DNA from: Squalus acanthias
Taxonomy: Eukaryota
Length of the DNA: 64,000 nt
Assembly (NCBI GenBank): GCA_030390025.1
Contig: JASTWF010000034.1
Coordinates: 1,364,001-1,428,000, forward strand
Reading direction: 5' to 3'
The position numbers and the translations under genes were made by a program. The first letter of the stretch is position 1. Every line of letters begins with the position of its first letter. The notes below the pieces were generated by a model. It ran no database searches. It saw only the letters and a program-made list of their open reading frames with translations, and was not told the origin of the DNA. Below, piece by piece: positions 35,609-46,419 of the stretch.

Positions 35609-36373
35609 TTCACTTGCTCCATGTGTGGGAAGGGATTCACTCAGTCATCCAACCTGCTGAGACACCAGCGAGTTCACACTGGGGAGAGGCCGTTCACCTG
35701 CTCCGTGTGTGGGAAGGGATTCGCTCAGTCATCCAACCTGCTGACACACCAACGAGTTCACACTGATAAGAGACCTTTTAACTGCTCGGACTGTGGGAAG
35801 TGCTACAAAAGTTCCGGGGAACTGACATGCCATCAACGTGTTCACACTTGGGAGAGACCGTTTAGGTGCTGTCACTGCGGTTCTGGGTTCAGGCGATCAT
35901 CTGAACTCACTGTACACCAGCGCACTCACACTGGGGAGAGGCCTTTCACCTGCTCCATGTGTGGGAAGGGATTCACTCAGTCATCCACCCTGCTGAAACA
36001 CCAGCGAGTTCACACTGGGGAGAGGCCGTTCACCTGCTCTGATTGTGGGAAGGGTTTCACTCATTCATCCCACCTGCTGGCACACCAGCGAGTTCACACT
36101 GGGGAGAGGCCGTTCACCTGCCCTGAGTGTGGGAAGGGATTCACTCAGTCATCTACCCTGCTGAACCATCAGCGAGTTCACACTGGGGAGAGACCATTTA
36201 AATGCCTGTACTGTGGGAAGTGCTATAAAAGTTCCGGGGAACTGACATGCCATCAACGTGTTCACACTAACGAGAGACTTCACACTGGGGAGAGGCCGTT
36301 CACCTGCTCCGTGTGTGGGAAGGGATTCACTGACTCATCCACCCTGCTGACACACCAGCGAGTTCACAAGTGA
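35609..36373 (+). CDS. C2H2 zinc-finger locus 1, 3' part of the ZF exon (9 fingers)
   Basis: Nine canonical fingers ending HQRVHK*; AATAAA at 36519-36524; 3' UTR paralogous to that of locus 2. Confidence 0.85.
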   Translation, partial: FTCSMCGKGFTQSSNLLRHQRVHTGERPFTCSVCGKGFAQSSNLLTHQRVHTDKRPFNCSDCGKCYKSSGELTCHQRVHTWERPFRCCHCGSGFRRSSELTVHQRTHTGERPFTCSMCGKGFTQSSTLLKHQRVHTGERPFTCSDCGKGFTHSSHLLAHQRVHTGERPFTCPECGKGFTQSSTLLNHQRVHTGERPFKCLYCGKCYKSSGELTCHQRVHTNERLHTGERPFTCSVCGKGFTDSSTLLTHQRVHK

Positions 36374-36779
36374 CTGCAGGGGTTGGATTCTGCTGTTATT
36401 GCTGCTGTTAATCACATCCAGGACTGAACCATGTTCATTCTGACAGTTGGGGTTTGTTTCTGCTGATGTCAATAACTCCTGTAACTGGGCTGGAGTTTAA
36501 TATTCTGGATATATATCAAATAAATCAGCTTTGTTTTAAACACCTTGTTGTAGATTTTTATCTTTCCCACCTGAATGTTTAGCATCACCTGGCTGGAGCT
36601 CAAAAAGGACAATCTGGGGGAGGATCGTACGGCGGGAACAGAACTTCAGCCTGGACACAGTCCCTCAGGGCCACACTGAGAGGGGCAAATGGCACTTTGA
36701 CCTTTCTTGAGGTGTGTATGAAATGTGTCCCAGCCGCTCTCTGCCATGGTTCTGAGCTCCCAGGCACGGAGCAGACGGC

Positions 36780-37240
36780 TCCTCTAGAAATGAGCCCCAG
36801 TCCATTGTTTGCTTCTTTTATGGCCTGATTAACCTGCGTCGCTACTTTTAGTGATTTGCTCCTCCAGCCCATTTAAACTCTTATTTTCCAAGTAGTGAGT
36901 GGCCACCTTATTCTTCCTGCCAAAACACACCACCTCACACTGATCTATACTGAAATTCATTTGCCAATGACATTCCCATTCTGCAAATTTATTAATGTCT
37001 TCTTGCATTTAGTCCCAGTTTTCCTCAGTATTAACTTTACCTCCCAATTTGGTGTCGTCAACAAATTTAGAAATTGTACTTCTGATTCCCGAGTCCAAAT
37101 TGTTTAATAAATGGTGAACAACAGTGATCCCAGCACCGATCCCTGTGGAACACCACTTCCCACCTTTTGTCCGTCTGAGTAGCTACTCCCAACCCCTACT
37201 CTCTGTTTTCTGTTTTGTGACCAGCTTGCTATCCATAACA
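36780..37240 (-). mobile_element. CR1 RT fragment
   Basis: Minus strand [10 protein letters not shown]...FVDDTKLG remnant. Confidence 0.75.
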
Positions 37241-37329
37241 GTTTGTACGGTCTACAAGATGACCAAGGTCAGGCCGTGTGGAGTGAAGGGCCAGGCAGCA
37301 GAATGGATGGAAAGATGGCTACAAAACCA

Positions 37330-39236
37330 AACAATTGACAAAAAGGGAGAAAATAGAATGAGAGTAAATTAGCAATAAATATAAAAACGGACTGCAAGAG
37401 CTTCTACAAGTATGTGAAAAGGACGAGAGTAGCAAAAGCAAGTGTTGGTCCATTAGAGGCTGAGACAGGAGAAATTAAATTGGGGAACAAGGAAATGGCA
37501 GAGACTTTAAATAAATATTTTTTATCTGTCTTCACAGTAGAAGACACAAAAAGTAAACCAAAAATAGTGGGGAACCAAGGGGCTACTGAGAGCGAGGAAC
37601 TTAAAGTCATTAATATCAGTCCAGAAAAAGTACTTGAGAAACTAATGGGCCTAAAAGCCGACAAATCCCCTGGACCTGATGGCCTACATCCTAGGGTTCT
37701 AAAAGAGGAGGCTGTGGAGATAGTGGATTCATTGGTTGTGATCTTCTAAAATTCCCTAGATTCAGGAATGGTCCCAGCGGATTGGAAGGTAGTAAATGTA
37801 ACACTGCTATTCAAGAAAGGAGGGAGAGAGAAAACAGGGAACCACAGGCCAGTTAGCCTGACATCAGTTGTCGGGAAAATGCTGGAATCCATTATTAAGG
37901 AAGTGGTATCAGGGCACTTAGAAAATCATAACATGATTAGGCAGAGTCAACATGATTTTATGAAAGGTAAATCGTGTTTGACAAATTTATTGGAGTTTTT
38001 TGAGGATGTAACTAGCATGGTAGATAAAGGGGAACCAGTGGATGTGGTATATCTGGATTTCCAAAAGGCATTCGAGAAGGTGCTACATAAGAGGTTGTTA
38101 AGCAAGATAAGGGCACACGGGATTGGCGGTAATGTGTTGGCATGGATAAAGAATTGGTTAACAGACAGAAAAAAGAGTAGGGATAAATGGGTCATTTTCA
38201 GATTGGCAGGCTGTAACTAGTGGGGTGCCGCAAGGATCAGTGCCTCAGCTATTTGCAATCTATATTAATGACTTAGATGAAGGGACTGAGTGTAATGTAT
38301 CCAAGTTTGCTGATGATACAAAGCTAGGTGGGACAGTAAGCTGTAAGGAGGATGCAAAGAGCCTGCAAAGGGATATGGACAGGTTAAGTGAGTGGGCAAA
38401 AAGATGGCAGATGGAATATAATGTGGGGAAATGTGAGGTTATTCACTTTGGTAGGACGAACAGACAAATAGAATATTTTTTAAATGGTGGTAAACTATTA
38501 AATGTTGGTGTTCAGAGAGATTTAGGTGTCTTCGTTCAAGAAACACAGAGAGTTAGCAAGCAGGTACAGCAGCAATTAGGAAGGCAAATGGCATGTTGGC
38601 CTTTATTGCAAAGGGGTTGGAGTATAAGAGTAAGGAAGTCTTGCTACAATTGTACAGGGCTTTGGTGAGACCACACCTGGAGTACTGTGCACAGTTTTGG
38701 TCTCCTTATTTAAGGAAGGATGTAGCTGCCTTAGAGGCGGTGCAACACAGGTTCACTAGATTTATCCCTGGGATGAGAAGGTTGTCCGACGAGGAGAGGT
38801 TGAGTAGATTGGGCCTATACTCTGGAGTTTAGAAGAATGAGAGGTGATCTCATTGAAACATATAAGATTCTGAGGGGGATTGACAGGGTAGATGCTGAGA
38901 GGCTGTTTCTCCTGGCTGGAGAGTCGAGAACTAGGAGGCATAGTCTCAGGATAACAGGGTCGGCCTTTTAAGACAGAGATCAGGAGAAATGTCTTCACTC
39001 AGAGGGTTGTAAATCTTTGGAATTCACTGTCCCAAAATGTTGTGGAGGCTCAGTGGTTGAGTATATTCAAGGCTGAGATAGTTAGATATTTGGACTCCAG
39101 AGGAATCAAGGGATATGGGGACAGGGCAGGAAAGTGGAGATGAGATAGTAGATCAGCCATGGTCCTATTGAATGGTGGAGCAGGCTCGAGGGGCCGAATG
39201 GCTCACTCCTGCTGCTGATTCTTATGTTCTTATGTA
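37330..39236 (+). mobile_element. CR1 LINE, decayed RT to 3' end
   Basis: ORFs 37414-38832 with KSPGPDGLHPRVLKE, YLDFQKAF, FADDTK, RPHLEYC; stops and frameshifts; TTCTTATGTTCTTATG tail. Confidence 0.95.
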
Positions 39237-39764
39237 AAATAGATATCAGAGGGTTGGAGTTAAGGGAAGTTTGTTGCCATCTTTCCATCTATTCTGCTGC
39301 CTGGCCCTTGACTCCACACAGCCTGACCATGGTCATCTTGCAGACTGTACATATTACAGACACAGTGCACCAGTGGTGGAGGGGGTGGATATTGAGTCCT
39401 GTGGCAGGGGCTCTGATGAAGTTGATTTCTCCGTCCCGTGTGTTTTGAGGCATCGCTAGTTGCGTTTTTCACCTCTTTCCACCTTTAAAAAAAATCTTTT
39501 TGCCAGTTTATTAAAGCCATTAAAAACCTCCCAGATAAGTCACACAAAAAAATGAGGCCTTGTATGTTTCCGTCAGAATGACAGGCCTGAACTCGAGTTA
39601 GAAATCATAGTTAGAAAACATTCAGCAATTAAACCAGACTGGGCGGGGCCTGAGGTGCAAGTTAGTAATGGAAACATGGAGGCCAACGTCCTTTGCACCA
39701 GGGCTGAGGATCCGGGCGCTAAGGTTTCTGTATAATTTATTTATTAACTTTGTTTAATGCCCAA

Positions 39765-40750
39765 TATTGCAGGGCAGTGTCCTCGGCCCAACCATCTTCA
39801 GCTACTTCATCAATGACCTTCCCTCCATCATAAGGTCAGAATTGGGGATGTTCGCTGATGATTGCACAGTGTTCAGTTCCATTCACAACTCCTCAGATAA
39901 TGAATCAGTCCATGCCCACATGCAGCAAGACCTGGATGACATTCAGGCTTGGGCTGATAAGTGGCAGGTAACATTCGTGCCACACAAGTACCAGGCAATG
40001 ACTATCTCCAACAAGTGAGAGTCTAACCACCGCCGCTTGACATTCAACGGCATTACCATCGCTGACTCCCCCACTATCAAAATCCTGGGGGGTCACCATT
40101 GACCAGAAACTCAATTGGACCAGCCACATAAATACTGTAGCAACAAGAGCAGGTCAGAGGCTAGGTATTCTGCGGCGAGTGTCTCACTTCCTGACTCCAA
40201 AGCCTTTCTACCATCTACAAGTCACAAGTAAGGAGTATGATGGAATACTCTCCACTTGCCTGGATGAGTGCAACTCCAACAACACTTAAAAAGCTCGACA
40301 CTATCCAGGACAAAGCAGCCCGCTTGATTGGCTCCCTATCTACCACCTTAAACATTCACTCCCTCCATCACTGGCGTACCGTGGCTGCAGTGTGTACCAT
40401 CTACAAGATGCACTACAGCAATTTGCCAAGGCTTCTTCGGCAGCACCTCCCAAACCTGCGACCTCTTCCTCCTAGAAAGACAAGGGCAGCAGTTGCGTGG
40501 GAACACCATCAACTCCAAGTTCCCCTCCAAATCACACACCATCCTGACTTAGACATATATCGCCATTCCTTCATCGTGGCTGGGTCAAAATCCTGGAACT
40601 CCCTCCCTAACAGCATTGTGGGAGCACCTTCATCACACGGACTGCAGCGGTTCAAGAAGGCGGCACACCACCACCTTCTCAAGGGCAATTAGGAATGGGT
40701 AATAAATGCTGGTCTTGCCAGCGACGCCCACATCCCATGAAGGAATAAAG
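39765..40750 (+). mobile_element. CR1-group LINE of a second family, RT C-terminus and 3' UTR
   Basis: QGSVLGPTIFSYFINDLP, MFADDC, MEYSPLAWMS; same family as the minus-strand intron fragments at ~31530-31825, 42610-42910, 61375-61830. Confidence 0.9.
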
Positions 40751-40756
40751 AACCAG

Positions 40757-41242
40757 AGTGCCCCGCGCGGGTAAATACGGCCGACCTCCAGCAGCAGGGG
40801 TGCAGCGCGCAGGCGCAGAAAGGGCTGGTCCCCGGAGACCGACTTCCTGCGCGGAGCATGCGCGGTGCGGCTCCAGGAAACTGAGCGGGGGCGAGCGCGG
40901 CCTCAGCATCACCGAGTGCGCGTCTCAGGCCCCGAATCAGAGCGGCCGGGACCGGCGGACGTGCGGCCAGGGCCCCGGCACCAGGAAACCCAGGGTGCAG
41001 CGCCTCCCCCATCCGAGCCGCCGCTTCCCGGTTTCTTCAGCCGGTTCCACCGAGTCCGACTCGGGACAAAGGACAGGAGCCAGGCTCCCAGAATGGCCCG
41101 CGGCCCCGGGGAGCATGCGCACTCTCAGCGGGGAAATCAGCGCCTTGGATGGAGCGGTTTCTGGAGCGCGGGGAATTGTGGGTGCTGCGTCCGCCATTAG
41201 TCAGTGGCTGTCGGGAAGAGATTTATTGCTGGCTGACGGAAG
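40757..41242 (+). promoter_or_regulatory. CpG-island promoter and first exon of zinc-finger locus 2
   Basis: CpG-rich; NRF1-type GCGCAGGCGC (~40807) and GCATGCGC (~40856, 41113); ETS-like ACTTCCTG; strong donor AAG|GTAGGT at 41242/41243. Confidence 0.65.
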
Positions 41243-41591
41243 GTAGGTCCCTGGCCGACTGTGTAGGTCTTTCATGGTGTATCAGTTTGAGCTGGAGTGG
41301 AGATGGAGGAGAAGCTGCTGGGTTTAACCCGAGTATTTTTGAGGCCAGGAGGACCCAACAATTCCAGTTCTGACGAAAGGTCATCGATCTGAAACGTTAA
41401 TTCTGTTTCTCTCTTCACAGATGCTGCCTGACCTGCTGAGTATCTCCAGCATTTTCTGTATTTATTTCAAATTTCCAATGTGAGACTGTCAAGGGAGGTG
41501 GATTCCAAGGGAGATGAGATTGTTAAACAGACACTTTCCATACAATGTAAAATAGTATTGTTTTAGGAAGAAGTATTTCTGTAGAGGCTTT

Positions 41592-42578
41592 GAAACATAG
41601 AAGATAGGAGCAGGAGTAGGCCATTCGGCCCCTCGAGCCTGCTCCGCCATTCGATGAGATCATGGCTGATCATCCAAACTCAGTACCCTGTACCTGCCTT
41701 CTCCCCATATCCCTTGATACCTTTATCTTTAAGAAATATATCTAACTCATTCTTGAATATATTTAATGACTTCGCCTCAACTACCTTCTGTGGTAGAGAA
41801 TTCCACAGGTTCACCACTCTCTGGGTGAAGAAATTCTTCCTCATTTCTGTCCTAAATGGCTTACCCCTTATCCTTAGATTATTACCCCTGGTTCTGGACT
41901 CTCCGACCATCGGGAACATTCTTCCTACATCTAGTTTGACAAGACCTGTCAGAATTTTATATGTTTCGATGAGATTCCCTCTCATTCTTCTATACTCCAG
42001 CGAGTATAAGCCCAATCGACCCAATCTCCCCTCATATGTCATTCCTGCCATCCCAGGTATCAGTCTGGTGAATCTTCGCTGAACTCCTTCATGGCAAGAA
42101 TATCCTTCCTCAGATAAGGCGACCAAAACTGCACACAGTGCTCAAGGTGTGGTCTCACCAAGGCCCTGTACAACTGCAGCAGGACATCGCTGTTCATATA
42201 CTCAAACCCTTTTGCTATGAAGGCCAACATACCATTTGCCTTCTTCACTGCCTGCTGCACCTGCATGCTTACCTTCAGCGACTGGTGCACAAGGACACCC
42301 AGGTCTCGTTGCACTTCCCCTTCTCCCAATCTATTGCCATTCAGATAATAGTCTGCCTTTCTGTTTTTGACACCAAAGTGGATAACCTCGCATTTATCCA
42401 CGTTATATTGCATCTGCCACGCTTCTGTCCACTCACCCAACCTGTCCAAATCATCCTGGAGTTTTTCGGTATCCTCCTCGCAGCACACACGCCCACCCAG
42501 CTTTGTGTCATGTGCAAACTTGGAGATATTACATTTAGTTCCCTTATCTAGATCATTAATGTATATTGCGAATAGTTT
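41592..42578 (-). mobile_element. CR1 LINE 3' fragment in the intron of locus 2
   Basis: ORFs 41680-42488 match the CR1 ORF2 C-terminus (...GYGEKAGTGY*) with one frameshift; absent at the paralogous site in locus 1. Confidence 0.95.
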
Positions 42579-43236
42579 TAATTAATGAAGATATTTTTAA
42601 TTAATTATTGGGATGTGGGTGTTCCTGGCAAGGCCAGCATTTATTGCCCATCCCTAATTGCCCTTAAGAAGGTGGTGGTGAGCCACCTTCTTGAACTGCT
42701 GCAGTCCGTGTGGCGAAAGTACTCCCACAATGCTGTTAGGGAGGGAGTTCCAGGATTTTGACCCAGTGACGATGAAGGAGCGGGGATATATGTCTAGATC
42801 AGGAGTGGTGTGTGACTTGGAGGGGAACTTGGAGTTGATGGTGTTCCCACGCAACTGCTGCCCTTGTCCTTCTAGGTGGTGGATGTCGCAGGTTTGGGAG
42901 GTTCTGTCAAAGAAGACCTGTCCAGTTGTAAATGTATATAGTCCCTCTCTTTCACCCCCTTAACCTCCTACCCCTCTCTCTCTCTCTATCTCTCTCTCCT
43001 CCCATAGAGGCCACAGTCTTGTGTAGGCCCAGACTGGGTGGTGGTTTCCCTTGCCTGAAGGACATTAGTGAACCAGTTGGCTTTTTACGACAATCCGGCA
43101 GTTTTCAGGGTCACTTGTTTCTAGCACTAGCCCCACAAAGGACCAGATTCATTGAGCTCAATTTCACAACCTGCTTTTGTGTTTTTATTGGTTCTCTCTC
43201 ACACTCCCTTTTACCTGTTTGAAATTCATTTTACAG

Positions 43237-44383
43237 GGTATTAGAAGGGGAGGACTTGCAGACTGTAAGCTCAAACCAAACATTACATCAAGATCTGACA
43301 GAGTCACGTGATTCATCAGGACCTGAATATCATCGGCCTTTGAACATGGAAACACAAAGCACCGTTCACAGTGGGGAGAAACCGTACACGTGTTCTATGT
43401 GCGGACAAGGCTTCAGCCGATCACTTGGCCTGTCGAGACATAAGTGCAATCACACCAAGGAGAAACCGTGTAAATGTGGGGACTGTGGGAAGGGATTCAG
43501 TTCCCCGTCCCAGCTGGAAACTCATCGGCGCAGTCACACTGGGGCGAGGCCGTTCACCTGCTCCGAGTGTGGGAAGGGATTCACTAATTCATCCAATCTG
43601 CTGAAACACCGGCGAGTTCACACTGACGAAAGATCGTTCAGGTGCTCTCACTGCGGCACTGGGTTCAAGCAGTCATCTGACCTCATTGTACACCAGCGCA
43701 CTCACACTGGGGAGAGGCCATTCACCTGCTCCATGTGTGGGAAAGGATTCACTTGTTCATCCCACCTACTGACACACCAGCGAGTTCAGACTGGGGAGAG
43801 GCCGTTCACCTGCTCTGCGTGTGGGAAAGGATTCACTCAGTCATCAAGCCTCACTTCACATCAACTTGTTCACACTGATAAGAGACCTTTTAAATGTTCT
43901 GATTGTGAGAAGAGATTTAAAAGCAAAAATGATCTGCTGACACACCAACGCACTCACACTGGGGAGAAGCCATTCACCTGCTCTGAATGTAGGAAGGGAT
44001 TCACTCAGTCAAACAACCTGCTGAGACACCAGCGAGTTCACACTGGGGAGAGGCCGTTCACCTGCCCCGTGTGTGGGAAGGGATTCACTCAGTCATTCCA
44101 CCTGCTGACACACCAGTGAGTACACACTGGGGAGAGGTTGTTCACCTGCTCAGTATGTGGGAAGGGATTCACTCAATCATCCCAGCTCACTACACACCAA
44201 ATTGTTCACACCAGTGAGAGACCTTTTAAATGTTCTGACTGTGAGAAGACATTTAAAAGTAAAAAGAATCTGCTGACACACCAACACACTCACACGAGGG
44301 AGACACCGTTCACCTGCCCCGTGTGTGGGAAGGGATTCACTCAGTCATCCAACCTGCTGACACACCAGCGCGTTCACATGTGA
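43237..44383 (+). CDS. C2H2 zinc-finger locus 2 ZF exon (12 finger units; in-frame TGA in unit 9, so truncated gene or young pseudogene)
   Basis: Acceptor ttttacAG ending at 43236; ATG 43346; TGA 44117-44119 where paralogous fingers have CGA; frame continues to 44383; AATAAA 44459-44464. Confidence 0.85.
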
Positions 44384-44535
44384 TTACGGGGTTTGGATTC
44401 TGCTGTTACTGTTGCTGATAATAACTAGGCTGGAGTTTATTATTCTGGATATATGTTAAATAAATGAGCTTTGTTTTAAACACATTGTTGTAGATTTTTG
44501 TCTTGCCCACCTGAGTGTTTAGCATCACCTATCTT

Positions 44536-44908
44536 ATTTACAGACGCTCCCTGACCAGTCTCCATTTCTCCTCCATTTACAGGCGCACCCTGACCAATCA
44601 CCATTTCTCCTTCATTTACAGACGCACCCTGACTCCGTCCCCATTTCTCCTTCATTTACAGAGACTCCCTGACCAGTCCCCATTTCTCCACCATTTACAG
44701 ACGCTTCCTGACCAGTTTCCATTTCTCCTACATTTACAGACGCTCCCTGACCAGTTTCCATTTGTCCTCCATTCACAGACGGACACTGAACCCGTCCCCA
44801 TTTCTCCTCTATTTACAGACGCTCCCTGACCAGTCCCCATTTCTCCACCATTTACAGACGCTTCCTGACCAGTCTCCATTTCTCCTCCATTTACAGACGC
44901 TCCCTGAC
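44536..44908. repeat. 39-bp minisatellite, ~9.5 copies
   Basis: Unit ATTTACAGACGCTCCCTGACCAGTCTCCATTTCTCCTCC starting at 44536, 44575, 44614, 44654, 44693, 44732, 44771, 44811, 44850, 44889. Confidence 0.95.
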
Positions 44909-46419
44909 TTCCTGTCTGTCCCGGAGTTTTTTTTCGGGGTGAATCTTTTTATTCAAATCAATAATACTTATACAACTCATCCATTACATTCATCCATCAC
45001 AGTAAAACATAAAGCCTTAAAAACAGCCTTATAGTTAATATAAATGCAATGATTAATTTTACAAATAATCAATAATATTTACAGTACAAATTCCCTTAAA
45101 CAATACCACACAATTTTTTAGATTTAAAATAATAAATCTCACAGTTAACTCCACATAAAACAAAAACCATTTCAACACCACAGTGTACAAACACATAGCA
45201 GCATCATAATCCAATTAAATGCTACAGATAACATTTATTCCAATAAACCAAGAAAACCTGTTTTATGCCAGTCCTACTGGCATTGTTCATTCGATCATTC
45301 ATTCAATTGTTCGTTCGTTCATTCAAGCGTTCGTCCGTTCGTTCAATAATTTACCAATGTTAATTTACTTTATCCTTTCAGCCACACCCAACACTGGACA
45401 ATAACCTCAAAGTAAATTCCTCCATAACCACCAATACATCACCATGTGCAAATTCCCACAGTCCTTATCAGAAAATCAATTGAGCTTCAAGTAAACTGCT
45501 TTCAAACAGAAAACCCGAAACCTTCCCAACAAAACAATTAAATACCATTTCTACGCCAGTCCTTTTGGCTATCCATTAACGAATATCATTTGATGTTGTC
45601 GAACCATGTAAAGTCATAGTCCTTGTCCGCAGTCTTCAGCCCTTCCACGGAAAAAGAAGCCATCCACTGCCTGAAATCCCGTAAAAAGACCAAACACTCA
45701 AATCTTCTTCTGCATGCTGTTATTGCTCACAGGACCCAACCATCAAAGAATACTCATCATTCCTTACAGATATTACTTTGCTCTGTCTTTTACTCTCCTT
45801 TTATTTTCCGTCTTTTAACCAATCACATTTTCCATCTAGTAACCGCTCACACGCCACATTACAGATGGAAACAGTTTGTCTTTCCTTCACCAATATGGCG
45901 ACGCATAAACCGGTCCCATGACCAAGAAAAAGCCTCACAGCTGCCACCAGGCAGAGCAGATGCTGGGCCGCTGGAACTCATTCAGGCCCGAAACCATTCT
46001 GCAACTTTCAGAACCAGTGCAGCAATGCTCACCAACCGCATCTCCCGACTCCACCTCTGCCGACCAGCCGCCCCGCCCTGGGCCCCCCGCCTGGGGTTCT
46101 CCGTGCTGGGCCTCCCGCCCAGGCCACTCTCCTCCGGGTCTTCCACCTTGGGCATTCTGCACCGGACCCTCCGCACCGGCATACCCCGCGAGCAGCCGGG
46201 GTGTGGCGCTCACCCGTTCACACAGCACCGAGTTGAGTTGATAATCTCGCAGCCTCAGCCTCTGCCTCTGCCTCCGTCTGTCCTCCCCCGGGTGTTTGTG
46301 AAGCGGATAATGTTGAGTGGTTTAATAATGGGGCCTGGGGCCGCACTCGGGTTGTGTACTCTTTTGAGTCAACATAAAACGACTGTAAATTAACAAAATT
46401 TCGAATGAAACTTATCCCA

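Noticed and set aside
44536..44908. CRISPR-like array (also the 98-, 24- and 30-bp arrays)
   Set aside because: Units are contiguous with no unique spacers, there are no cas genes, and the context is vertebrate.
45623..46393. 256-aa plus-strand ORF, and a possible old LINE 3' end at 44945-45950
   Set aside because: TTG start, no recognisable domain, and it crosses unrelated sequence blocks; the minus-strand frames were too degraded to assign.
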